A stretch of DNA of 64,000 nucleotides from Candidatus Latescibacterota bacterium (GTDB taxonomy: Bacteria; Latescibacterota; UBA2968; GCA-2709665): contig OZ250150.1 of assembly GCA_965237675.1 (NCBI GenBank), positions 4,448,001 to 4,512,000 on the forward strand. The letters are read 5' to 3'. Each line of letters opens with the position of its first letter. Position 1 is the stretch's first letter. The notes below the pieces were generated by a model, which saw only the letters and a program-made list of their open reading frames with translations, had not been told where the DNA came from and did no database searches. Position numbers and translations under genes: made by a program. Below, piece by piece: positions 10,259-19,845 of this stretch.

Positions 10259-10492
10259 GATCCTGTTTCCTTTCGAACCCGTTGCACTCCGGTGAGACCG
10301 CGTCGCCAGAACCCGTTCTGCTGGAACGCGAAATATACTCCTATAGACAACCTAACACAAGAAGATTAATACATTGCAAGCAGTTAGAGCGACCCCCGGT
10401 GAAGACCTGCGTTTTCGTCTGACTGTGGAGAATGCCCGATTTGTTCGACCGCTCTCCCCCGCAGCTCATCGTCGGGACATATAGATTTTCTA

Positions 10493-10519
10493 TTGACTTG
10501 CTTTCACGAATCTTATAAT
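10493..10519 (+). promoter_or_regulatory. Putative sigma70 promoter for the LysR gene
   Basis: TTGACT-15-TATAAT; the spacer is short. Confidence 0.4.
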
Positions 10520-10730
10520 TTCCGTTACGTGATCCACTGAATTCCGCAGTCGCATGTCCGTCCGTTGCTGCGCGTCGAATTCCGGCGATGCGTACGCCGT
10601 CCGGGCAATTGGAATCGAATCATCCCCGTTTCGGGTGCCATCAATCCGAATGCATGAACACCCTCTCGGGAGCGCGGCCTTCACGTCTCGCCCTTTCACG
10701 TTTTCATCCAGGAACCGTCATCCACACCGG

Positions 10731-11630
10731 ATGGGAAACCGTTTTGTGCTTACCGAAAGCCTGAAGGTCTTTTGCGATCTTATAGAAACCCAGAGCTTCT
10801 CCAAAACCGCCCTGCTCAATGACGTCAGTCAATCGGCTGTCAGCCAGCAACTCAAGAGCATCGAAAAACGACACGGGCGTCGGCTGGTGCAGCGGGAAAA
10901 GAGACGACTTTCCCTGACGGCGGAAGGTGAAATCTTCTACTGCTATGCGCGGGAAATTGTCCTGCGCTTCGACAAGATGCAACACCGCATCCAGGCATTG
11001 AGCGGCGAGGTTTCCGGTACCGTTCGACTTTCCGCCATCTACGGCGTGGGCATGTTGGAATTGGCTCCCTATCTGAAAACCTATATCAAATCCAATCCCA
11101 AAGTCAATCTGCGATTGTCATATACGCAGGCCAAAAAAATCTACGACGATGTGGCAAGCGGCCAGATCGACCTCGGAGTGGTTGCCTTTCCGCGCTCTCA
11201 ACGAAATGTGGACGCGATCCCGTTTGCGGAAGATCCGATGGTCGTGATCTGCGCCGTATCCAATCCCCTCAGCCTGCGAACGACCGTCAGTCCCGGCGAG
11301 CTGGGCAACCATCCATTGATTCTCTTCACGCCTGAAGCCCCCACCCGGTCGGCTATCGACCGTTACTTCCGGAAACACGGCGTGGCCTTCCGAACCGTCA
11401 TGGAACTGGACCACATCGCCACCCTCATCCATGCCGTCGAGGTCGACATAGGGATTTCCCTGGTGCCTGCATCGGCATTGAGACAGGGACGATTCAAAGA
11501 CACGCTCAAGGCGCTTCCGCTGCGGGGAGAACCCTTGATACGCCCGCTGGGCGTCCTACAACGCAAGGGGCGCAGTTACTCCATCGCCACGCGGAAATTG
11601 TTCGAGACGCTGACCCGAAACAACCCGTAA
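10731..11630 (+). CDS. LysR family transcriptional regulator
   Basis: HTH SFSKTA...SQSAVSQQLK..LT.EG, followed by a LysR substrate-binding domain. Confidence 0.9.
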   Translation: MGNRFVLTESLKVFCDLIETQSFSKTALLNDVSQSAVSQQLKSIEKRHGRRLVQREKRRLSLTAEGEIFYCYAREIVLRFDKMQHRIQALSGEVSGTVRLSAIYGVGMLELAPYLKTYIKSNPKVNLRLSYTQAKKIYDDVASGQIDLGVVAFPRSQRNVDAIPFAEDPMVVICAVSNPLSLRTTVSPGELGNHPLILFTPEAPTRSAIDRYFRKHGVAFRTVMELDHIATLIHAVEVDIGISLVPASALRQGRFKDTLKALPLRGEPLIRPLGVLQRKGRSYSIATRKLFETLTRNNP

Positions 11631-11650
11631 GCTGCCGTGAAGACCCCTCC

Positions 11651-12031
11651 ATGCCAATAACCCGCGCACTTCCCGCCCTTCTCTTTGTCGTCTTGCTGGC
11701 CAAACCGCAACCTGTCCGTGCCTCCTGGGACCGGTATGCAGGTGATATCGTTCGCTACCATGCACGGAATATCGAGTTGAACCCACAGTGGGTTGCGAAA
11801 ATCGGGGTTCAGTCCAACCGATTCGTGATCGAGTGCGCAATTCCTCTTCGCGCGGTCGGCATCCGCCCTGAACACCCCCTTGCTCCGTTGCGATTCAATC
11901 TTGCCGTCCTCGACCAGGCCGCGGCCAGGTGGACCTGGTCGGCAACATTCGGTCGCCCTGAGGACGCCAGCCGATTCCGGGATCTCCCACTTCAATCACC
12001 TCCGCCGGTGGAAGAAGCCCGCCATGAGTGA
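11651..12031 (+). CDS. Small hypothetical protein, possibly a CBM9/DOMON-like C-terminal fragment
   Basis: IECAIPLRAVG...LRFNL...W.WS pattern; stop overlaps the next gene. Confidence 0.4.
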   Translation: MPITRALPALLFVVLLAKPQPVRASWDRYAGDIVRYHARNIELNPQWVAKIGVQSNRFVIECAIPLRAVGIRPEHPLAPLRFNLAVLDQAAARWTWSATFGRPEDASRFRDLPLQSPPPVEEARHE

Positions 12032-12638
12032 ACCCTTTGAACTGCCTCTTTTTCCGCTGGAATTGGTCCTCTTTCCCTTCCAACAGATTCCTCTACATAT
12101 CTTTGAAGGACGTTATCGGCAAATGATCAAGCTGTGTATGGATACGACGGTTGAATTCGGCATCGTGTTCGGGACGGACGACAATTTTCGCGATACCGGC
12201 TGCGCCGCGACCGTTACCAGGCTGGTCAACCGGTTTCCGGACGGGCGTATGAATATCCTTGTTCGGGGCACCAGGCGTTTCCAGGTGATGAAACGCCTGG
12301 ATACCCACCCTTATATCTCAGGAATGGTACAGGAAATTGAGGATACCCCGGAAACTCCGGACCCTGAGCTGGCCAACCGAGCCATCGCCCTCTACGAGGA
12401 CGCAGTCAAACTCTCGCTGGGCTGGCTTCACTGGAGACGGGAATCGGACTGCTCTCCCTCGGAGTTTTCTTATACCATTGCAGGCAGCCTCAACCTGACG
12501 CTCTCCGAGAAACAGGAGTTTCTGGAAACCACCTCCGTGAACCGACGCCTGCAGTACGTATCAGACACCCTTGAAAACGCCCTGAAGACCATTCGCGACG
12601 TCAAGCGGAGAACCGGGGGTAACGGCCACGTGGCGTAG
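12024..12638 (+). CDS. LON peptidase N-terminal (substrate-binding) domain protein
   Basis: LPLFPL..VLFP...PLHIFEGRY, DGRMNILVRG..RF. Confidence 0.88.
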   Translation: MSEPFELPLFPLELVLFPFQQIPLHIFEGRYRQMIKLCMDTTVEFGIVFGTDDNFRDTGCAATVTRLVNRFPDGRMNILVRGTRRFQVMKRLDTHPYISGMVQEIEDTPETPDPELANRAIALYEDAVKLSLGWLHWRRESDCSPSEFSYTIAGSLNLTLSEKQEFLETTSVNRRLQYVSDTLENALKTIRDVKRRTGGNGHVA

Positions 12639-12915
12639 GGTTCTGTCGCGGAAATGGATTGCCGAAACTCGCCCGATGAGTCGCCCGGCTCGCATCCTTC
12701 GACAGGCTCAGGAACCGGCGCCTGCACCCTGAGCCGCTCCCTGAGCTTGTCGAAGGGTCGGCGAGCGCGCTTCGAAAAGCGCGCTTCGACAAGCTCGTTT
12801 CGACAAGCTCAACGCACGCAACGCAGCGAGACGGGATGAACCTGCGCCTGCCTGTGCGTGCAGCCTCACGCACGCAGACATGGAAGATTGGTGAAATATT
12901 CCTGGGACAGGACAC
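12638..12915 (+). mobile_element. MITE family A, copy 3 (278 bp) with nested REP-like hairpins
   Basis: Slightly diverged TIRs; internal CCTTCGACAGGCTCAGG (12696) and CCTGAGCTTGTCGAAGGG (12740). Confidence 0.78.
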
Positions 12916-12943
12916 AAGACCCGTGGATAGATCAGGAGACCGT

Positions 12944-13504
12944 ATGTCACTACCGAGCCGCGATGAAGCCTTTCAACTGCTGTGCGAACACACCCGGAAT
13001 CCCAATCTTATCAAGCACATGCTGGCCGTCGAAGCGGCAATGCGGGCCTACGCACGCAAATTCGACCAGATCGAAGATTTGTGGGGCATCACTGGGCTAC
13101 TGCACGACTTCGACTACGAAAAACACCCCGATCCCGAAGAACATCCGATGGTTGGCGTTGGCATCCTCACGGAGAAAGGGTATCCTCCTGACATCATCCA
13201 CGCCATCAAATCCCACGCTACCTATCTCGGCGTGCCCAGAGACAGCCTGCTCGACAAGACCCTGTTCGCCGTGGATGAACTCACAGGGTTCATCGTAGCC
13301 GTTACACTCATGCAACCGTCCAGGAAGCTGGCTGACCTGAAAACCTCGTCCGTACGCAGGAAGATGAAACAAAAGGGATTCGCACGGGCGGTCAGCCGGG
13401 AGGACATCCGCACGGGTGCATCGGAACTCGGGGTAGAACTGGACGAACACATTGCATTCGTGCGAGAAGCAATGGCTGGCATCGCGCAGGAACTGGACCT
13501 TTAG
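12944..13504 (+). CDS. HDIG/HD-domain phosphohydrolase
   Basis: KHMLAVEA, GLLHDFDYE, AVDELTG and FARAVSR motifs. Confidence 0.88.
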   Translation: MSLPSRDEAFQLLCEHTRNPNLIKHMLAVEAAMRAYARKFDQIEDLWGITGLLHDFDYEKHPDPEEHPMVGVGILTEKGYPPDIIHAIKSHATYLGVPRDSLLDKTLFAVDELTGFIVAVTLMQPSRKLADLKTSSVRRKMKQKGFARAVSREDIRTGASELGVELDEHIAFVREAMAGIAQELDL

Positions 13505-13533
13505 AAGCTGTCTTAAACCCCCAGCGGTCTTCG

Positions 13534-13560
13534 CGCCTGCCTGCTGCCGCAGGCAGGCGC
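13534..13560. repeat. REP-like GC hairpin
   Basis: GCGCCTGCCTGC-tgcc-GCAGGCAGGCGC between convergent genes. Confidence 0.6.
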
Positions 13561-13667
13561 TGCAAAAGCGTCGGTCGGCGTTGGTCAAACCCACCCGTAT
13601 CTCTAGTCGAGGCTGCGCGCCCCTCGCCTCTCACAGGTGCCAAAAGGAATCGTCCAGACCCATCGCT

Positions 13668-16600
13668 CTACTGCTTCAATACATACAGCACGCCGTCTTC
13701 GGAGGCCGCCGCAATCTCCGGAACGCCGTCACCATCCACGTCCGCGGCGGCCATTGTCAATAACGGACCGCCGGTCTTGAAACGCGCCACCGTCCGTCCG
13801 TCTCCGTTGGCGAGCACGTGCACCACACCGTCCTCGGTTCCGGCGGCCACTTCCAGTTTTCCGTCGCCGTCAAAATCACCCACCGAGATACAACGTACGA
13901 CCTCCCCGAGATCCGCGCGCCAGACCTGCGTACATCCATCGCCTTTTATCACGTACACGTTGAAACTCATTGAAGACGCCACGACCTCGTCCAACCCGTC
14001 TCCATCCATATCGGCCGTCACGACCTGCGTGACCTCATCTCCGGTATTGAACTGCCAGAGCAGCTTGCCGTGGGCGCTCAGGGTGTGGATATGCGTATCG
14101 GCCCCCGCGAAGACGACTTCCTTCAGACCGTCTCCATCCAGATCGCCGGCCGTGGCGGAATTGGTCCGGGGGCCCGTCCTCGGATGGTAGGACCATCGGA
14201 TCTCCCCGCTGCCATCAATACAGTGCCAGCGGTGATACTCTGTTCCGGCGATCACCTCGTCCCTGCCATCCCCGTCGATGTCCGCCGCGCAGCCGTGGGT
14301 GGATGAATGCACCGTCATCTGATGCCACAGAAACTTGCCTTCGTGGGTGAACGCGTAGTATCGCCACGACTCCGCCCCGGCGATCACCTCCAGCTTGCCA
14401 TCCCCATCGATATCGCCGGCGAACACCGTTTTCAACATCGGTGTACGATAGTAGAGTGGAATTTCATAGTCCCATTCCTTCTGTCCCTTTGCGTTCAGTA
14501 CGTAGACCCTGGTATCGGCCGACCCGGCGATCACTCGCGTCCTGCCGTCCCGCGCCAGATCCGCCGCCCACACGGAGCGAACCTCCCCTCCTGTCCGGAA
14601 CCGCCACAGCGCGTCACCATCGTGCAGCGCGCAAACCGATGCGCCCCGGCCGCCCGCCACGACCACATCCGATTCATCGCTCAGAAGGTCCGCCGCGTGT
14701 AACGAAAGGAACGGCCCCTCCTCCCGGTACGTCCACATTTCCTTCAACTGTCCGACACGACCCCGCCTGGGCCGGATCAACGCCGGTTGCACCGCCTTTG
14801 GGCGCACCGTACGGGAGGCCGCCCGACGCAACGCCATCACGGAGTCTGACACCAGGCAGAATCGATGTTCGCCCTTCGGCATCGTAAACGCTACCGCGCC
14901 GTCGGATACCGAGGAGTCCACCGGCTTCCCATCCACGGTGACGCCCGATCGACCATCCGACGACAGACACAGCCGCGTGGCGTTCCTGGCCATCGTCCGA
15001 CCTTCACCCCTCACCAGATCGTACTCTATAGACACCGGCTGCTCCGACGTCAGTTCCACGCCGCCCCACCGGACCCGTGTGACGTCCACGACGGCAAACC
15101 GGGAAGGAGACACCAGAAATTGAGCCGCGGCCACTGCCGGTCCGCCCGGAATTTCAGACAGGACGCCGGCTTCCCCCACACCGGCGAAGACGACCTCCTC
15201 GCCGCCGTCGACCCGGACAGCCCCATCGGTCAGTTGCGTCAGCTTCAAATCCCGTGTCGTCGGGTCGCCGCCGCAATGGAGCAGATTGAAGAACCGGTAC
15301 GTATCCCGCGCTTTCAAGCGCACGTCCACGATCTGCTGCAGAATCCGCACGACCGGATCCGCGTGCGGATAACCCTCCCAATTCTTCCCCGTTACCTCGT
15401 CATCCTCGAGTTTCAGCGATGGCCCCTTCAAACCCTTGATATGGAACCGCTCCCCGTCCTGCTCCACGACCAGCCCGCCTTCGCGCACGGCCACGTGGCC
15501 CAGCGTCTGCCATATCGCCCTGAAACTGTAATCGTCCTCCCCGAGAGCCTCCATCTCGTCGATGACAAGAAAAAACCGCCCCCGTTTCCAGAGTATGTTC
15601 CGGTGCCAGTCCACGCCACTGTAGTTGCGCAGCGTTGTCTCGGAAAAACCCGACCGGTCGAAATTCGCCGCACGCTCGAGTTCGACGAACGGCGGGATCT
15701 CGGCGGACTGACCATTTCTAAAAATCAGCACGCCGTTGTGAAACTTGGGCAAAGACTTTATATAGTCGCAGTCGGCCAGCCAGATCCGGCGCCTCTGCGT
15801 TATTCGGGATATCGAATTCCCGTCGTAATGCTTATGGCCTCCGTTGGAAAGCCCATCCAGAAACAGATATTGGCCCATCGGATCGTACCCGTCTCGAAAC
15901 ACCACCTTGTCGAAGGTTTTCTTCAACGGAAGATGGTCTTTCCCCAGGTTCGATTCGTAATACAGCGGATCCACAGGGAACACCTGCGTTCCATCCAGAT
16001 CCTCCGGTTCCACAGGGGTTACGCGCCTGTGATATTCATATGCGGCAAATTGAGGTTCGACGGCCGTCTTCTTATCCAGCATCCACTGATAACGCCCGTC
16101 TTCCAGCACGAAAACGGCCGCTCGCAGATAGGGCAGTTCGCTCCACCAGCCAAAGGGCGACGCATTGTCTCCATACGGAAGCGCATAGCCCAGATTGTCC
16201 GTCGTCAGGATCGAATAGTCCGCCGCTCTCCGCGCGCAACCATTCTCGAAAAACGTCATATCCCCGCAGGAAAGCGAATACCTGGTCAGATGATAGTGGG
16301 TCAGCCACTGGTATCCGCTGCAATCTTCGTGGGGTTTGAACGCCTTCGCCTGGAACCTGAAACACTCGTCCGACAACGCAAGCCAGGCGTCCGCCTCCGG
16401 CAACCCGTAATATTTTCGATAGTACGTCCCGGCGTAATGCAGCCCCAATGCGGCGAACGTGGTGTGGTTGTGCCTGACGTGGGGGATCTTCATATCTCCG
16501 ACGTGGGACACACAATCGGTAATGAATTCAAACAGGATCCGGGTAATCCGCAGCCGGTCGTCCTGGGACATCACCGGGCTTTCCTCCACGAGATCCCACC

Positions 16601-17366
16601 CCGGCATCACCTTGTACAGGGCAAAATCCGCATCGAATCCCCAGATGCCGCCATAGTTGTCCGGGTCGGACATCGCGTGCCGGTACATTCGATAGACGAG
16701 GCGTTTGTAGAGCTCGGCGTAGGCGTCGTTTCCCGTAAGCCCGTACAACAATCCCCGCTCTCCAATCCGGCCCCAGAGGCCCGTATGTTCGCCCCGGCGC
16801 AGCGCCTCCTCCGCGGCTTCCATCTCCGAATCGACATCGGGCTCGTCTTCAAGCTTTGGAATCCGCAACGCCTCCGGGCCGAATCGGACCTCGAAAAGAG
16901 GCCCTGTCGAGAGCGTCGTTTCTTTTTCCAACGTCTTCGAGAACCGGCCGACCGCCGTGCGGACGCCTTCCAGGTCGCTGCCGAACAGCCCCACAACGTT
17001 CTTTCCGTTCCCCCACGGGTCGTGGATGGTCTGAACAAGATACCCACCACGCCCCGGATACACATCGTCCGCCGGGGTATAATTGTATCCGTAGAGACGA
17101 AATACCACGCGGTTCGTATTCACGTTCCCAAGCAGAACAAGGTGTCGATCGGGCGGTGTCGCCACGTCCACATCCGTGACCACGGAGACGTTCGCGCCGG
17201 TAAGATCCCGGATCCTGCCCTGCAATTCGGAAGCCAGTTCCCGGTAGCGCGCATCATCCGGACAGACGATTGCCGACACGGCCTTTCCGTGTTTCACCAG
17301 CATCGTGTCCGGGTACAGCTTCTTCGGCTGCTTCAGTTTCCGAAGGGTCCCTTTCCTATCCGACAT
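13668..17366 (-). CDS. Large heparinase II/III-like protein with C-terminal FG-GAP/PQQ-like propeller
   Basis: HNH, PYGD, GHKHYDGNSI and HN lyase-like motifs; many DxDGDGxxE repeats in the last ~360 aa. Confidence 0.7.
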   Translation of the reverse strand: MSDRKGTLRKLKQPKKLYPDTMLVKHGKAVSAIVCPDDARYRELASELQGRIRDLTGANVSVVTDVDVATPPDRHLVLLGNVNTNRVVFRLYGYNYTPADDVYPGRGGYLVQTIHDPWGNGKNVVGLFGSDLEGVRTAVGRFSKTLEKETTLSTGPLFEVRFGPEALRIPKLEDEPDVDSEMEAAEEALRRGEHTGLWGRIGERGLLYGLTGNDAYAELYKRLVYRMYRHAMSDPDNYGGIWGFDADFALYKVMPGWDLVEESPVMSQDDRLRITRILFEFITDCVSHVGDMKIPHVRHNHTTFAALGLHYAGTYYRKYYGLPEADAWLALSDECFRFQAKAFKPHEDCSGYQWLTHYHLTRYSLSCGDMTFFENGCARRAADYSILTTDNLGYALPYGDNASPFGWWSELPYLRAAVFVLEDGRYQWMLDKKTAVEPQFAAYEYHRRVTPVEPEDLDGTQVFPVDPLYYESNLGKDHLPLKKTFDKVVFRDGYDPMGQYLFLDGLSNGGHKHYDGNSISRITQRRRIWLADCDYIKSLPKFHNGVLIFRNGQSAEIPPFVELERAANFDRSGFSETTLRNYSGVDWHRNILWKRGRFFLVIDEMEALGEDDYSFRAIWQTLGHVAVREGGLVVEQDGERFHIKGLKGPSLKLEDDEVTGKNWEGYPHADPVVRILQQIVDVRLKARDTYRFFNLLHCGGDPTTRDLKLTQLTDGAVRVDGGEEVVFAGVGEAGVLSEIPGGPAVAAAQFLVSPSRFAVVDVTRVRWGGVELTSEQPVSIEYDLVRGEGRTMARNATRLCLSSDGRSGVTVDGKPVDSSVSDGAVAFTMPKGEHRFCLVSDSVMALRRAASRTVRPKAVQPALIRPRRGRVGQLKEMWTYREEGPFLSLHAADLLSDESDVVVAGGRGASVCALHDGDALWRFRTGGEVRSVWAADLARDGRTRVIAGSADTRVYVLNAKGQKEWDYEIPLYYRTPMLKTVFAGDIDGDGKLEVIAGAESWRYYAFTHEGKFLWHQMTVHSSTHGCAADIDGDGRDEVIAGTEYHRWHCIDGSGEIRWSYHPRTGPRTNSATAGDLDGDGLKEVVFAGADTHIHTLSAHGKLLWQFNTGDEVTQVVTADMDGDGLDEVVASSMSFNVYVIKGDGCTQVWRADLGEVVRCISVGDFDGDGKLEVAAGTEDGVVHVLANGDGRTVARFKTGGPLLTMAAADVDGDGVPEIAAASEDGVLYVLKQ

Positions 17367-17440
17367 GGGTACGTCCTTTCGTATTCAGCATTTATCTATT
17401 GGCGCGCCGGATCTTGGAAATCCGTCGCGAACGGGGCCTG

Positions 17441-17670
17441 GTGTTCTGTCCCTGAGATAGATTGCCTTAATTCGGCCGCCGAGTCGCACGGCTCGCATCC
17501 TTCGACAGGCTCAGGAACCGGCGCCTGAGCCCTGAGCCGCTCCCTGAGCTTGTCGAAGGGTCGGCGAAGGGCCGTCGATTGACATCGACCGGTGCACCCT
17601 GAGCCTGTCGAAGGGTAGCGAAACGCACGCAGAAAGGGATGAATGGTGACATATTTCTGGGACGGGACAC
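17441..17670 (+). mobile_element. MITE family A, copy 4 (230 bp) with three REP-like arms
   Basis: Same TIRs; REP-like arms at 17499-17515, 17543-17560 and 17598-17615. Confidence 0.8.
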
Positions 17671-18365
17671 TAAATCTCCACGAATTTCTCAAACAGGAAC
17701 AGCCCGATCAGCAGAAAGACCAGGCCTGCGAGAATCGTGTACGCCATCAACGCCGCGCCAGTTGACAGATATTCCCGCATTGCGACGACGAAGTAACCCG
17801 CCATCGTCAGATAAATGACAGCGCACGAAACAAATGAAGCGGCCGTGGCCAGCCCTCTGAGACGCGAGGCCGTGTACTTGACGCCCTCCATGGCTGTCAC
17901 GACGCCAAGCGACAGTAGCACATAGGAAGCGAAGAATCCAGCGGCGTATCCGGATACCGCCGCTGGCGTGACGCCGAAATAGCTCAGAATCTGGGAAACG
18001 GCTTCCTGGGGGGCGCGCGAAACGACGAAGTATACGCCTGTACCCGCGATCGCGAACAGCAGGAGACCGATACTCAGAATCGCGGCGAATTTGCACAGAC
18101 CCATAACACCGGTCCGGATGGGAAGCGCAAACAGCAGATGGTTCGTATTGCCGCGCCATTCCCCGTTGAACGAAGAAGCCAGCAGGAATGGCAGGACAAA
18201 CATGATTGCCCAGAGGGGAAGACCCGAAAGAAACAGGGCGATCATCTGGGTCTCAACGGCCAGCAAGACCCAGCCCTGCAACACCAGAGTACCGATCCCG
18301 AGGATACAGAACACACCCCTGGCGTCCTTTATTTCCTTGATATACAGTGCGATAAACATCCCCAT
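17670..18365 (-). CDS. ABC-2 type transporter permease
   Basis: Six hydrophobic segments; EW......LFALPI motif; downstream of an ABC ATPase. Confidence 0.75.
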   Translation of the reverse strand: MGMFIALYIKEIKDARGVFCILGIGTLVLQGWVLLAVETQMIALFLSGLPLWAIMFVLPFLLASSFNGEWRGNTNHLLFALPIRTGVMGLCKFAAILSIGLLLFAIAGTGVYFVVSRAPQEAVSQILSYFGVTPAAVSGYAAGFFASYVLLSLGVVTAMEGVKYTASRLRGLATAASFVSCAVIYLTMAGYFVVAMREYLSTGAALMAYTILAGLVFLLIGLFLFEKFVEI

Positions 18366-18384
18366 ATCAGACTTCCACTATCCC

Positions 18385-19075
18385 TCAACCAACCTGCGTT
18401 TCGAAAATTTCAGCAAGAGATTTTCCATAGTCCTGTTGCAATTGATCCGGCCGGCCCGAAATACAAATCTCGCCGTCTCGCAGAAGCAGCACATCCTCGA
18501 TAAACGGCTCCACCTCGGATACCAAATGGGTCGAAATCAGAATCGTCTGGTCCGCCCGCCGGAACTCGTTGAAAAGGCCGTCCAGGATTCGCTTTCGCGA
18601 CGGGGGATCGATGCCGCCCAGGGGTTCGTCCATCAGCACCACTTCCGGCGACCAGGAGAACGCAGACACTACCTTCAGCCTTGCGCGCTGCCCGCGTGAG
18701 AGGGCGCCCACCTTCCGGTCGCCCGGCAGATTCATGAATTCCAGCAGGTTTCGGGCTTTCCGCGCATCCCACGTGGGATAGAAGGCTGAAAGGAAATCCA
18801 GCTGCTCCCCAACCCTCATCCAGGAATAAAACGGATCTATCTCCGGCAGATAGGACACGATCCGCTTTGTCGCGAAACCCGCCGGATGTTTCCCTATCAG
18901 CGCCCGACCGCGGGTTGGCCGCGTCACCCCGGCGAGGATCCGGAACAATGTACTCTTCCCGCTTCCGTTTTCCCCCAGCACACCCAGCAACCCCCCCGCG
19001 CGCCACCGTCAGCGACACACCTCTGAGCGCCCATGCACCCGGGTATTTTTTCCACAGATCTTCGACATGAACCAT
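18385..19075 (-). pseudogene. ABC transporter ATP-binding protein, frameshifted at a G7 tract
   Basis: N-terminus MVHVEDLWKKY..ALRGVSLTV is in one frame; Walker A GENGSGKST onward is in another; junction at G7 (18991-18997). Confidence 0.8.
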
Positions 19076-19095
19076 CGGTGTAAATCCCCGGATAG

Positions 19096-19130
19096 AAAAA
19101 GGCCGCCCCGGTACCCACCCGGAAGCGGCC
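19096..19130 (-). terminator. Intrinsic terminator after ferritin
   Basis: GGCCGCTTCCGG-loop-CCGGGGCGGCC followed by TTTTT on the minus strand. Confidence 0.75.
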
Positions 19131-19166
19131 GAATTCAGATCGTCACCTGACTCACGCCAGCGGGAT

Positions 19167-19646
19167 TCAGCGCATATCGCGATCGATCAGGAACAGCCCG
19201 TAACGATCATCACCCACAAGCTCCAGCTTTTTTACAATGGAGCGAAGCCGCGCCTCCTCCTCCACCTGCTCGTTGACGAACCACTGCAAAAACGTGTTGG
19301 TCGCATGGGCGCGGTTCCTCATTGCCAGATCGACCAGATTGTCGATCCGTCCGCTGGCTTCCTGTTCCCGCCGATACGCCTCCGAAATCGCGTCCAGAGG
19401 AGAACCCCAATCCGCCGGGGGCTCTGGAATTGATTTGAACCCGACCGGCGCCTCCCGCTCGTGCAGGAATTCGCAGATCTTCATTGCATGCGTCATCTCG
19501 TGCTGGGCCTGCTTCCCCATCCACCTGGCAAATCCGTTCAGATTGATCGATTTGAAATACGAGGACATCGCCAGGTAGGTATACGAGGCGAGGAATTCAC
19601 TGTTGACCTGCTCGTTCAGCGCCGATTGAATCTCCTTGCTAAACAT
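19167..19646 (-). CDS. ftnA: Non-haem ferritin
   Basis: LNEQVNSEF..SYTYLAMS, HEMTHA, FLQWFVNEQVEEE; GGAGG RBS. Confidence 0.9.
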   Translation of the reverse strand: MFSKEIQSALNEQVNSEFLASYTYLAMSSYFKSINLNGFARWMGKQAQHEMTHAMKICEFLHEREAPVGFKSIPEPPADWGSPLDAISEAYRREQEASGRIDNLVDLAMRNRAHATNTFLQWFVNEQVEEEARLRSIVKKLELVGDDRYGLFLIDRDMR

Positions 19647-19845
19647 CAACGCCTCCTGTGGTTTATCCGGACGAAGACATCGCCGGCCATCCGCAACCGA
19701 CGGAACCGGACGCCAACTGAACCCACAAGTGCAACCGTCTGGCCCCGCAGACGAGACATTCACACCCCGTTGTGTCCGGGATCGACGCGGACCCCAACCC
19801 TATCGGAACGTCGACCCGGCATGCAATCCACAACGGCCGTGAGGC

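Noticed and set aside
12654-12950. Short ORFs with PSTGSG/LSLSK peptides (also at 17396-17692)
   Set aside because: They are translations of the REP-like and MITE repeats, not genes
14865-17528. 887-aa plus-strand ORF and other long antisense ORFs
   Set aside because: Shadow frames of real high-GC genes, with no recognisable motifs
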